In this document: positions 31,479 to 42,588 of the stretch, piece after piece | Numbering within the stretch: position 1 is the first letter of the stretch | Layout of the letters: the number at the start of each line of letters is the position of its first letter | From: an uncultured Planctomycetota bacterium | GTDB taxonomy: Bacteria; Planctomycetota; Planctomycetia; Isosphaerales; Isosphaeraceae | Assembly: GCA_963845755.1 (NCBI GenBank) | Contig: CAWJTV010000041.1 | Location: 640,001-704,000, forward strand | Direction: 5' to 3' | Length of the DNA stretch: 64,000 nt | Made by a program: the position numbers and the translations under genes | The notes under the pieces: model-generated | What the model was told of the DNA's origin: nothing | Seen by the model: the letters and a program-made list of their open reading frames with translations, nothing else | Databases searched by the model: none

Positions 31479-33255
31479 ATGGAGGGTGGATCCTTGGACG
31501 CTCAGGTCCCGGTCTTCAATGGAGTCGACGCCGGTCCGGCCTGGCTGGGAAGCGTCGGGGAGATGATCTCGCGCACCGTGCAGCCTGCGTCCGACCTGAT
31601 GCTCGGACTGGCTTGCCTGATCCTGGCGGCGGTCGCCGCCGAGTCCCTGATCCGATGGCGGCATTCTGTCGCGGCGTCTTTCGCGCGCGGCAGGGTCTGG
31701 GTGCTGGGAGCTATCCTGGTCGTCTGCGGACTCTTACAGCTCGTCCAGGTCATTGCGGTGGCGCCGGCGGGTCGCATCGCGGCGGCGCCGCTGCTCGCGG
31801 CGGTCGCCTGCTGGGCGGCAACGCTCAGTCTGCGCCAGTCCGGTGCAATCGCGTTGTCGATCCCAGCGCGGCCGAGCCCCGATGCCCACCCTGCTCTGCC
31901 GAGTCCCAGCGCGGAGGCGGACACGGTCGTGGTCGTGAGCCGTCGCCGACTGGAGGATGACCTCCGGCGCAGCGAGGCCCAGGTGCGAGAGTTTGCCCAG
32001 GCCGATGCCCGCAAGAACGAGTTCCTGGCCATGCTGGGCCACGAGCTTCGTAATCCCCTGGCACCGATCCGCAACGCCGTGCGGATCATGAAACACCACG
32101 GCATGGACAACCCCGACCTCAGTTGGGCGCCGCGACGTAGTCGACCACCAGTTGCACCAGCTCGGCCAGTTGGTCGACGACCTCCAGGAGATGTCCCGGG
32201 TGGCCGGCGGCAAGATCCGGCTCAACCAGGAGCCGGTTGACGTGGCGTCCATCGTGATGCTCGCGGTCGAGACCAGCCGGCCGACCATCGACGTGCATCG
32301 CCATCGCCTGTCGCTCGCCTTGCCTCCCGGCCCCGTTCTGGTCGACGCAGACCTGAACCGCATGGCGCAGGTCCTTTCCAACCTGCTGAACAATGCGGCC
32401 AAGTACACCGAGGACGGCGGCCAGATCCGCCTGGGGGTCGCGGTCGACGGAGGCGATGTCGTCTTCCGCGTCCGCGATAACGGCGTGGGCATCCCGCCCG
32501 AGATGCTGCCCCGGGTCTTCGATATGTTCGCCCAGGTCGGCCATTCGCTGGACCGCGCCCAGGGCGGGCTGGGTCTCGGCCTGAACCTGGTGCGGAGCCT
32601 CACCGAGATGCATGGGGGCTCGGTACAGGCTCGGAGTGACGGAGCGGGTCGGGGGAGCGAGTTCCTCGTCCGGCTCCCCGTGCTGACCAGGGTTCAGATC
32701 CAGGCCCGAGCCGATCTCGGCCCGCGGTCCGATCCACCCGGGCCGGTCCGCACCCGCCCGCGCACCCGTGCCCGACTGCACAACGCGATTCCGGACCGCG
32801 CCCTCGATCTCGAAAATGGGGCGAGCGCGGACCTCCCTTCGCCCGCACCTTCGCGCCGCGTCCTCGTGGTTGACGACAATGCCACCGCCGCGCAGAGCAT
32901 GGCCTTGATCCTCAAGCTCGAGGGATACGAGGTCCAGGTCGCATTCGACGGCGTCTCCGCGATCGATGCAGTCCGATCCTTTCATCCCGCCGCGGTCTTG
33001 ATGGACATTGGTCTGCCGGGCCTCGATGGACTCGAGGTGGCTCGACGGATCCGCCAGGACGACGAGCTGAGCTCCGGAATCGACCTCCTCGCCGCTCTCA
33101 CCGGCTTCGCCGAGGACGAAGCTCGCGACCGCTCCGAGCAGGCCGGTTTCGACCATCACCTCGTCAAGCCGGTCGACCCCGAAGCCATCCTGGCTCTGCT
33201 GGCTTCCCTCGAATGGACGCGGGCGGAACAGACCCAGACCGCCGCAGCACTCTAG
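31479..33255 (+). CDS. Membrane hybrid histidine kinase / response regulator (frameshift near 32130)
   Basis: Three TM helices, KNEFLAMLGHELRNPLAPI, NLLNNAAKYT, DNGVG, GGLGLGL, receiver VLVVDDN...MDIGLPGLDG...KP. Confidence 0.9.
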
Positions 33256-33257
33256 CC

Positions 33258-33304
33258 GCAGGGTGGTTCGAACGAAACGGATCGCGTCGTTCGACCCACC
33301 CTAC
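33258..33304. repeat. REP-like palindrome / hairpin between convergent genes
   Basis: GCAGGGTGGTTCGAACGA...TCGTTCGACCCACCCTAC; reads GTAG-GGTGGGTCGAACGA on the minus strand. Confidence 0.6.
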
Positions 33305-34657
33305 TCGGGATCGATGCCCGATGACCATTCGGCCCTCCGGCGCTCCATTCGCGCGACGATGTCGGGATGCTGGGCCGCGACGTTCGTCGTCTCCGACGGA
33401 TCGTCGCGGAGGTTGACGAGGAACTCGCCCTGGATCCGTTCGCCCGGTGCGCTTCGGGTCGTGTCGACCACGTCGTGGAGCAGCTTCCAGTTGCCCTCGC
33501 GCACGGCCCAGCTCGTATCGAACTGCCAGTGCAGGACGTCGTGAGGCGTCGGCGCCTCGGCCGAATGAATCACGCGGACCAGACTCTTGCCGTCGATCGG
33601 GAATGTCGGCGTCGCGACGCCGCACAGCTCGGCGATCGTCGGCAGCCAGTCGCAACCGTGGGCAACTTGATTGCGGACCTCATTCTGCGGCAGGTGCCCC
33701 GGCCAACTGACGATCGCCGGCACGCGGATGCCTCCTTCGAACAGGCTGTACTTGGCGCCACGATATCGGCCCGCGCTGCCGCCTCCGTAGTGGTGCGCGC
33801 TCCTCGGTCGAGTGGCCGTGGTCGGACTGGACGATCACGAGCGTGCTTTCGCGCAGGCCCAGTGCATCGACTTCGGCGATCAGCCGGCCGATCCGCTCGT
33901 CCATCGTCGAGAGGAACGCCGCGTACAGGTTGCGGGGGTATTTCAATTGGGCGTAATGCTCGAGCCACTTCGGGTCGCCCTGATAAGGATAATGCGGCTC
34001 GTTGATCGCGAAATAGAGGAAGAACGGGCGGTCCTTGTTCCGTCGCAAGAACGAGACGCCCTCTTCGACCATCAGGTCGCCGAAGAAGCGGCCGGGTGCC
34101 TGGACCTCGCGGCCGTCGCGGTTCAGGTCGTGTCGGTTGGGACCACTCCAGTAGTAAAAATGAGAATAATTGTCGATACAACCTCCCATGTGGCCGAACG
34201 AGCTGTCGAAGCCCTGTCCCAGAGGCATGGTCTCGGGCGAATAGCCGAGGTGCCACTTGCCGACGTGGCCGGTGGTGTAGCCCGCGGTCTTGAGCATCTC
34301 GGCGATCGTGATCTCCCGGCTCGGCATGCCGGGCTGGCCCGCCACCGGTGATGCGTTGGCCGGCATCCCCGCGCGCACGGGATGCCGCCCCGTGAGCAGG
34401 CCGGCCCGCGACGCCGAACAGATCGGCGCCGCGGCATAGAACTGAGTGAATCGCACGCCCCGACGTGCCAGGGCGTCGAGATGCGGCGTCGCCAGGTCCG
34501 TCGCCCCGGCGATGTGCAGGTCGACCGTCCCCTGGTCGTCCGTCACGATCACGATCACGTTGGGTCGAGCCAGGTCGGCGGCGGTCGCTTGCCATCCGAT
34601 GGCGACCGGACCACAAAGGCCGGCCAGGGTTAACAAGACTCGCAGGGCGTGAGACAT
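33301..34657 (-). CDS. Secreted arylsulfatase (S1, formylglycine-dependent); frameshift near 33795
   Basis: Signal peptide; RPNVIVIVTDDQG; CSASRAGLLTG; GKWHLG; EPHYP; SDHG; KYSLFEGGIRVPAIVSWPG. Confidence 0.92.
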
Positions 34658-34958
34658 TGCGGGGCCTCCTTCAACACGGGCGCAATGGGCGATCGAGCGT
34701 GCGGAGCTGTCTTTCGATATCACGATCCGCCCTCGTGAAGTCGTCGTCAAGACGAATGACAGACCGGGGGCGCGGATCTCCGCTCGCGTTGAACCTCGAT
34801 GCTCTCGATTGTGCGCTCGCATGTGGCACACAGTTGCCAAAGTCGCCCATACAATGTGAGATGGAGCCATCGGCCAGCCAGCGAGACCGAGAGGCTCCAG
34901 GGTCCAGTCCGACGGCTCCGGCGTGATCCGCAATGATGGGGCTGTCCTCGGGGGGAGA

Positions 34959-36179
34959 ATGCAGAACATCGTCATCGACAAACCCTATCATTTCGTCCCT
35001 CCCCATCGGGGTGGGTTCTGGCCGGCCGTGTTCCGCCCGGGGATCCGGCCGTATCTGTCCAAGGTCTGGGGAGTTACCGGAGTTGATTTCATCGGCGTCG
35101 AGCGCCTCCGCGCGGTGCTTCGCGAGCGAGCCAGCATCGTGATCGTTCCGAATCACTGCCGGCCGAACGATCCGATAGTTGTCACCCTGCTCGGGTTCGA
35201 GGCGGGCACTCCGAGCTACACCATGGCGAGCTGGCACCTCTTCATGGGCGATCGCCTCACGACCTGGATTCTCCGACGGATCGGGGGGTTCAGCGTCTAC
35301 CGCGAGGGCCTCGACCGCACGGCGCTCAAGGCGGCGATCGAGCTGCTGGTCGAGGCCAGACGGCCGCTGGTGATCTTCGCCGAAGGGCTCGTCACGCGGG
35401 CGAACGACCGGCTCGCGGCATTCCAGGAGGGCCCTGCCTTCATTGCTCGCTCGGCTGCGAAACAACGGGCGAAGACCGAGCCGGGAGCCCGCACCGTACT
35501 CGTCCCGGTCGCGCTCCGCTACCGCTTCCTCGGCCGGCTCGAGGAGAGCGCGAACCCGGTCATCGATCGCATCGAGGGCCGCCTGACCTGGGAGCCCCGG
35601 CGCGAGCTCCCGCTCATCGAGCGGCTCCAGCGCGTCGGCAATGCCATCCTCGGCCTCAAGGAACTCGAGCTCGTCGGGGAAGTCCGTCCCGGTGCGCTGA
35701 ACGATCGGTTGTCACGGCTCATCGATGACATCCTCATGCCGCTCGAAGCCGAATGGAAGATCAAGCGGCGGGAGACCGATGTGCCCGGACGCGTGCGCAG
35801 TCTCCGGGCCGCGATCCTTCCGGACATGGTCGAGGGCGGCATCACCGAGGCCGAGCGCGAACGGCGCTGGAGACAGCTCGCGCGGCTGTATCTGGCACAG
35901 CAGCTCTCGCTCTATCCGGCCGGCTACCTCGAAGGCAGCCCGAGCGTCGAGCGAGTGCTCGAGACCGTCGAGCGGCTGGAAGAGGACCTGACCGACGTTG
36001 CCACGGTACATCGTCCGCTGACCGTCACGGTCCACGTCGGGGAGCCGATCGACGTGACGGCCGGCGATCGGGCACCGGCTGCGTTGATGAAAGAAGTTCG
36101 GGCCCAGATCGAGACCATGCTCGGCATCGAGAACGAGACACCAACCGGGCCGTCGCGGCCCGAGCCGGAGGGACCATGA
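34959..36179 (+). CDS. PlsC-like glycerolipid acyltransferase with long C-terminal extension
   Basis: NHCRPND (HX4D), GGFSVYRE, LVIFAEG, VPVALRY. Confidence 0.88.
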   Translation: MQNIVIDKPYHFVPPHRGGFWPAVFRPGIRPYLSKVWGVTGVDFIGVERLRAVLRERASIVIVPNHCRPNDPIVVTLLGFEAGTPSYTMASWHLFMGDRLTTWILRRIGGFSVYREGLDRTALKAAIELLVEARRPLVIFAEGLVTRANDRLAAFQEGPAFIARSAAKQRAKTEPGARTVLVPVALRYRFLGRLEESANPVIDRIEGRLTWEPRRELPLIERLQRVGNAILGLKELELVGEVRPGALNDRLSRLIDDILMPLEAEWKIKRRETDVPGRVRSLRAAILPDMVEGGITEAERERRWRQLARLYLAQQLSLYPAGYLEGSPSVERVLETVERLEEDLTDVATVHRPLTVTVHVGEPIDVTAGDRAPAALMKEVRAQIETMLGIENETPTGPSRPEPEGP

Positions 36180-36885
36180 GCGCCAATCCACCTCTCGAGT
36201 CGAGGGGACATCGCAGAGTGCGCGCGATCGCGCTCCGTATCGCGGCCATCGTGGTGGCCCTCGGCCTGTGGTTCTGGACCCAGTCGCTCATCGGCGCGCG
36301 GGGCTTCCCCGAAGGTGGCCTGGGCGATGGCCTGCACCAACTCACCGCAGGCGTCCATCACTGGCTCCAGGAGGTCCCCGCGCGCGCAATGCGCTCCTCG
36401 TGCTCAGCTCCCTGGTCATCGACCTGGTCGGGATCTTCCTGTTGACCCGAAGCATCTTCGGCCCGACGATTCGCCCGTTCCTCGGCTTGCTCATCGTCTT
36501 CGCACTCCGGCAAACGATGCAGGGACTCACCGCGCTGCCACCGCCCGAGGGAATGATCTGGAACTATCCCGGCGTGCCGTCTTTGCTGGTGACCTATGGC
36601 ACCGCCACCGACCTCTTCTTTTCCGGTCACACGGCGATTGCGGTCTGGGGCGGCCTCGAGATCGCCCGGCTGCGTTTTCGGGGTGCCGCGGCACTCGGCC
36701 TGCTGGTGGCGCTTTTCGAGGCGACCACGGTGATCATCCTCCGCGCGCACTACACGATGGACGTCTTCACCGGAATCGTGGTGGCGCTGCTGGTGAACGC
36801 CTACGCCGATCGTTGGGCGCGACCGATCGATCAGTGGTTCGATCGCCTCATTTCGCCCTCGGCGACAGGCAGCGCGACGAAATGA
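36176..36885 (+). CDS. PAP2-superfamily membrane enzyme of sphingomyelin/IPC-synthase type (frameshift near 36380)
   Basis: ATGA-coupled to the acyltransferase; about 6 TM helices; RQTMQGLTALPPP, DLFFSGHT, RAHYTMDV. Confidence 0.8.
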
Positions 36886-39333
36886 GGCACACCCACCTCC
36901 TTGCGAAACGGCGGCGGCTGCGTGGCGTCGTCGCTATTGCCCTGGACCTCCCGATAGCCCTTCGCGAGCGAGGTGTCGATCAGGTTGCTCGCGAAGTCGA
37001 GGAGCCCGATGTGCGGCGGCCGAGGTGCGAGGCTGAAGAGCATGGCTTGCTCCCGGGTGCGGACGTCGGTGAGTTGCGCCTGTTCGTAGAGGTGGGTGAG
37101 TGCCGCGGCGATGTTCTCGCCGAAGCTGCCGCGCGGTACCAGTTCATCCGGATCGGCCTGGATCAGGATGATGTGAGTCGCCCCCCAGAGGACCGCCGCT
37201 TCGATAGGGCTCCTGTGTGCGAAGCTGCCGTCGACGACCTCGGTGTTGCGTCCGGCGCTGGGGAAGTCGCGGAGGACCCGGGCCGGGAATACCGGGTAGA
37301 TTGAACCGGAGGCCATCAGCGCGTCGAGGAGGAGTTCCGGCCGGCCCGCCACCGCGACCCCGCGGGTGCTGAAATGAGGCGGCTCGCTCGTCCGTCCGGC
37401 CGACGCCCAGAAATACAGGTCCGACGGTAACTCCAGTCCCGGCTCGCCGAGTACCGAACCGGTCAGCACCAGGTCGCGCGTGAGGAGGCCGTCACCGATA
37501 ATCTGGCGACTCACCATCTGGAACGCCTCCGCCCGCTTCGTCGCGTCGCCGGCGAAGGGGACAGGCACCTCCGGCCGTCCTTCCGCCGCGCCGCTTCGCG
37601 GCCACTAGCTGGGAGAAGCGATCGAACAGAGTATCCTCGATTCCATAGCCCTCGGAGAGGGTCAACTCGTAGGCGAGGATGGTCCAGGCCTGGAGCACCG
37701 GGAGCACGACGATTCCCGCCATCGACGCGGCCCGCACCAGCCGGCGAAATCGCACCAGCACAGGCCGGCCCTCGGCACCTGAGGCCCGTAGAGCGAGTCC
37801 CGCCGCGCCGGTCGCCAGCAGGATCCAGCCCGCCGCCCTCTCCGCCGAAGGTCAGCCAGAGGTAGAGCCGATGGAGATCGGGTCGCGGACCCAGCGCTCG
37901 CCACGGGTCCCATGGCAGATGTGCGAGCAGCACCTCCGCCGCACCGGCGATGAGGCAGAGGATCCAGCGGCCGAGGTGGGTCCGTTCGTGCCCGGCCGAT
38001 TGGCGGCGGTGGCAGATCCAGGAGAAAACCAGGAACTGGAGCGACGCGAACCACATCGCCAGGTTCAACCGCACGGGGAGCGCCGGACGGATGATGTCGC
38101 GCTGGTCGAGGGAGCGCCAGGCTGTCGCCATCTCCTGGTAAAGCTCCGGCGAGCCCGACATCCCCATCGCGACCGGCAGGGCATTGATCGCGCCCCCCGA
38201 CGTGCCGACGACCAGCGAGATGTCGATCGAACTCTCGCCGGTCTGTTGCCGCAGCCGGGCGAGCTTCTCCTCGATCGCGCGGATCGCTCCGACCTGGTAC
38301 GAGCACTTCGCGCCGCCGCCGGAGAAGACCACGGCGAGTCGCAACGGCGCCGACTGCGATCGGGCGTAGTGGACCAGGAGGTCGCCCAGCTCTTCGAGAT
38401 CCAGCCGCATGAGCCGGTCCGGCGGTGGAGCCCCTGTCGTGGCGAGCCAGGCCCGCACCGTCGTGTCCCCGTCGCGCAGGAGGGGTCGGCAACGAACGAA
38501 GCCCCGGCCCCGGCTGGAACGGCGGCGCGGGCAGCAGCGTTCACCGCGTTCCTGAGTCGGTCGAGCTGCGGGATATCCGCGCGGGCGATCAGGGCGTCTC
38601 GCGGGATTCGCAGACCGGCGAGCGTCGGCAGGTCGACCTTTCGGAGACCTGCCATGCTGAGGTCGTCGAGAATCCCATTCCAGACGAATGCGACCGCGTC
38701 GTTCGCGTCGTCCCGACGGAGCGCACGAACGGAGTTGGTATGAGAATGGGTGTATCGGGTGCGACTCTCCGGGACGGGAATGCCGGCGGCAGCCAGAGCG
38801 ACCCGCGGCGCCAGCGCGCCGGATACGGAGAGCGGATCGACGAAGAGGAGCCGGCCCTCGCCGCGGACCAGCAGGCTCCGCAGGTCCTCGGCCGTGCGTA
38901 CCGGGGACTGCTCGCGGACGACCGCGACGCTCAAAGACGGCGACGGGTCCGGAGGCTCCTTCACCGAGGCCAGGTACTCCCAGCGGACGCCGCCACCGAC
39001 CTCGAGGGCCTTGCCCAGCAGGGCGGGGCTCACGATCGCCAGGTCAACCGCGCCCGTCTCGAGCCAGTGCCAGAGATCGGCGTATGTGCCACGGGCGACC
39101 GTGAACGGCTGCGAGATCCCCGCGTCCGCACGCAATCCGATCAATGCCCGCTCCACCGACCTCAGCCCCTCTTCTGCGTCCTGATATGCCAGGATCGCAA
39201 TCCTCAGATGGTCCGCCGGCCGTGCCTCGTCCGCCGCGACTCGGCCAGCGAGGGCGGCGAGCAAGATCCCGAGCGCCAGGGCTCCCGGCTTTCTCCCAAA
39301 GTCCAGGGGAGGGGTCGATTCGGAGATCGTCAT
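36831..39333 (-). CDS. Fusion of a PhnD/phosphonate-type substrate-binding domain and a patatin-like phospholipase with TM insert (frameshifts near 38470, 37830, 37570)
   Basis: Signal peptide; GAVDLAIVSP, FVDPLSVSGALAP, THSHTNSV, IPRDALIAR (PBP2/PhnD pattern). Then SGGGAKCSYQVG, GTSGG, ASGSIYPVFP, VDGS (patatin). Hydrophobic helices lie between the Ser and Asp motifs. Confidence 0.75.
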
Positions 39334-39413
39334 GGGTGATCAGGATCTCGGAAATGTGTAACGAGTGGCGATGTCCCGATGCGATCTGTTCGGCGCAATC
39401 GAAGAAGACTTCC

Positions 39414-39487
39414 GGATTCGAGATTCCAGAATCAAAATTCAAGTAAGATTAATGATCCCAAATCTGGAAACTGCACTCTCGAATCGC
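39414..39487. repeat. Degenerate heptamer repeats (GATTCGA type)
   Basis: gattcga gattcca gaatcaa aattcaa ... aatctgg ... ctctcga atcgc. Confidence 0.5.
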
Positions 39488-39491
39488 AAGG

Positions 39492-40836
39492 CTACTGGCT
39501 CTTCCTGCCGAAATGATGATCGGCGAAATTCATGTAGGCTTCCCAGTCATCGGAGGTGACGTCATGTTTACCCGGCCGTATGCGGTAGCCGATCGTGCTT
39601 TTGACCAGACTGTTGACGGTGGGCTTGGGCATCTCGGTGGCGGCCAGTCCGTCGGTTCCCAGCAGTCGGTAGACGGGATCGGCGGCTTTCGCCGACAGGA
39701 ACTCGCCCTTCGGGTCGGCCCAGAGGTCTTCCTCGGCCGAGCAGACCAGCACGGGCCTCGGGGCAATCAGGGCGATCAGCTCGTGCTGGTCGACGGGCAG
39801 GCGATCCTCATGACTGCTGAACTTGTGGAAGTTGGAGCAGAACCAATGAGGGAATGACGTATTCAGGTGCGCGACGGTCTCGCCGAAGATGCGGCGCGAG
39901 AGCGCCGCACCGCCGGCGCCCGAATTGTTCGAGATCACGATGGCGAACCGTGGGTCCTGCGCCCGGCCCAGAGCGCCGTCTTGCCGAGGCGCGAATGGCC
40001 CATAAGGACGACTCTCTTGGCGTCGATCTCGGGCAGGGTTTCGAGGTAGTCGAGCGCCCGGCTGAGGCCCCACGCCCAGGCCCCGATCGAGCCCCACTCG
40101 CCGGCCTTGGGCCGTTGCTGGCCCTGGCGGTAGAAGATCGGATGGACTCCGTTCTGGAACCCGTCATCGTAGTCGGGGTCGATGTCGCCGTAATACGCTG
40201 TCGCCAGGGCGTAGCCGCCATCGATGATCCGCTCGACCGGCCAGTTCGACGCCTCGGAGCCACGGGTTGCTTCGGTCGCCCGATGGTCCGTGATGCCCTT
40301 CTGCGGGTTGTTCCGCATCCACTGCTTCGACAACGTGATTCCCGGATCGGGCTGGACCGCGTGGTTGCCGCTGAAGTTCAGGCCCACGAAGGCCGGCGCT
40401 CGGTGCTCGGGACCCGCCGTCTTCGGGAGGTAGATCAGGAGGTCCATCCGGGGACCGTCCGGCTGGTCCGTGAACGCGATCGTTACCTCGCGGCGGATGG
40501 CCTTGCCGCCCAGTGCCGCTTTGTCCTCGGAACGGACCCGGTACGTCGGCTGGATCGGCCTGGACGGTTCCGGCACGGCGCCGTAAACCTCGGTCGTGAA
40601 GAGCCGCAGCAGCTCGGGCCGGCGCTCGTCGAGCCACATATCACGGCTTGTAACCAACCGTCCATCCGCCATGACGAGCGGGGCGGGCAGCCTGTACGTC
40701 CCGGCCTTGCCCTCGTCATAGTTGACGTCCGGCCGCTGGGCGACCGCGATCGGTCCGAGAAAGGTCAGCAAGGTCAAGGGCGCAAGAATGCGAGAGCGGA
40801 GGCCGCCGGACCTCGGTCACGCTGAGTGCGGATCAT
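39492..40836 (-). CDS. CE15-type glucuronoyl esterase / acetylxylan esterase-like hydrolase (frameshifts near 40780 and 39965)
   Basis: [90 protein letters not shown]. Confidence 0.88.
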
Positions 40837-40842
40837 GGCGAT

Positions 40843-42444
40843 TCAGTCTCCAGGTTTGGGGGATGCTGCATCGACGGTCGCCGCCGCAATGCGGCGGGCC
40901 ATCTGCCTCATCATCTCGCGCTGGGAAATGCCCATCCAGCAGTGGCCTTCTCCTCGGCCGTAGTGGATCGACCCTTCGTAAGCGGGCCGGGCGCACGACA
41001 GGAAGTTGTCCAGGCGGTGCACGGCGTTGTTGAGGAAGTAATCGTCGGCTTCGCCGACCCAGATGTGCAGTTTCCCCTTCAACTTGGGGCCAAGCTCGGC
41101 CCATCGCTCCTCCAGGATTCGTCGGAGATCATAAGCCTTCCAGTGTTCGGCGACCGTGTGGTCGATCCGACCGGTAGCGGGGTTCCAGAGAGGAACCGGT
41201 CGGCCGTCGGCCCCGCGCGGCCCGTAGGTCGCGTTCCAGGCACCCCACTGGCCGCCGGAAAGCGCCCACGAATCGCCCAGGCCCAGGACGTTTTCGATGC
41301 GGCACTCATGCCGCATCGTGAACCGAACTTCACCCGAGACATCGCGCACCGCCGGCCGCTCGAAGCCGTGCCGGTTGATGTAAGCGTTGTCGTCCCCGTA
41401 GATGTCGATCAGCTCGAAGCTGCGGAAATCCACGCTGTCGGGGCAAAAGGCCCAGGCGCCGTTGAAAAACGCGGGGTAGAAGACCTGCAAGGCCAGGGCG
41501 ACCCAGCCGCCGGTCGAGCCGCCGTCGAGCACGCGGGCTTCGCCCCGGCCGACGCCGCGGAACCGCGCCTCGACGTACGGGATCAGCTCGCCGGTGAGAG
41601 CCGCTCCATACGGCCCGTGGTTGGCCGAATCGACCTGGTAGGGATCGCCGAGCGGTCCGGCCCCGTCGAGGTGGACGAGGATCATCCGTGGAACGTCGTC
41701 GGCCATCCAGGCGCGGCGAAACCCCGAGCCGTCGGCCATCATGGCGTCAACGTCCGTGTACCGCGCGCCGTAACCGCCGATGTGGACGCGCAACGGATAT
41801 CGGCGACCGGGCTCATCGGCGAAGCCCCGTGGGAGGATCACACCGGCGCGCAGATCGATCGGCCGGCCGTGGAACGCGCTCAGGAGTCGCGAGCGGATCT
41901 TGACGTGCTTGACCAGGTCCGAATCAGGCGGGAGCGTCTCCGCGGGCACGGTTTGCGACAGTTCCAGTTCGACCGAGGCTCCGGACGCCGGGTCGAGTTG
42001 TACGGTACGCACCGGGCTGTACAGGTCCCCGGGTGCATTGGGGGTGTTGAGGTCGAGATTCGTGTGCAGCAGGGCCTGGACCTCATACATACCCGGACGG
42101 AGCTGGCCCAGCTCGTCCAGCGGGAAGATTGCCGAGTGAGCGTCCAGGAGCGCCGTTGCCCCTAGTTTCAGCCCGCCGACGTCGCAGCCGAGCACCGTGG
42201 GCGCGCCTCGTTCGGTTTCCCCGACGGCAAGCCTTGGCTCTGGCGAGCGCGTACCCTGCGGTGCCATCGCCACGAGCAAGCGGCTCGTGCGCGGCCAGTC
42301 CCGCAGTGACGTACCACCGGATCCGCCGCCGAGTCGCACCGCGAATCGCAGCGCGGCGGCCCGAGGCTGCGCCGGCTGGTCGGCGTTCGGAACCATCGGC
42401 AAGGAGCACCAGGCCAGAATGAGGACGCAGGCGGCAGGCCGCAT
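40843..42444 (-). CDS. Secreted alpha/beta-hydrolase (enterochelin-esterase-like)
   Basis: Signal peptide; DSANHGPYG; GGSTGG nucleophile elbow; VGEADDY; GHCW. Confidence 0.85.
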   Translation of the reverse strand: MRPAACVLILAWCSLPMVPNADQPAQPRAAALRFAVRLGGGSGGTSLRDWPRTSRLLVAMAPQGTRSPEPRLAVGETERGAPTVLGCDVGGLKLGATALLDAHSAIFPLDELGQLRPGMYEVQALLHTNLDLNTPNAPGDLYSPVRTVQLDPASGASVELELSQTVPAETLPPDSDLVKHVKIRSRLLSAFHGRPIDLRAGVILPRGFADEPGRRYPLRVHIGGYGARYTDVDAMMADGSGFRRAWMADDVPRMILVHLDGAGPLGDPYQVDSANHGPYGAALTGELIPYVEARFRGVGRGEARVLDGGSTGGWVALALQVFYPAFFNGAWAFCPDSVDFRSFELIDIYGDDNAYINRHGFERPAVRDVSGEVRFTMRHECRIENVLGLGDSWALSGGQWGAWNATYGPRGADGRPVPLWNPATGRIDHTVAEHWKAYDLRRILEERWAELGPKLKGKLHIWVGEADDYFLNNAVHRLDNFLSCARPAYEGSIHYGRGEGHCWMGISQREMMRQMARRIAAATVDAASPKPGD

Positions 42445-42451
42445 CTTTACG

Positions 42452-42588
42452 AGTAGTCAGTGGTCAGTGGTCAGGGTTCAGACGGAAACCGCTACTGTTG
42501 TAAAGGACGGATGGGAGGTTCGCAAGAGAGTGAAACCTGAATCAATCCTCGGGCCGGAGAATTACTGACCACTGCCCACTGACCACTG
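42452..42588. repeat. Inverted pair of heptamer arrays (CAGTGGT)n ... (ACCACTG)n
   Basis: agtagtcagtggtcagtggtcag at 42452-42474 and actgaccactgcccactgaccactg at 42564-42588. Confidence 0.75.
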
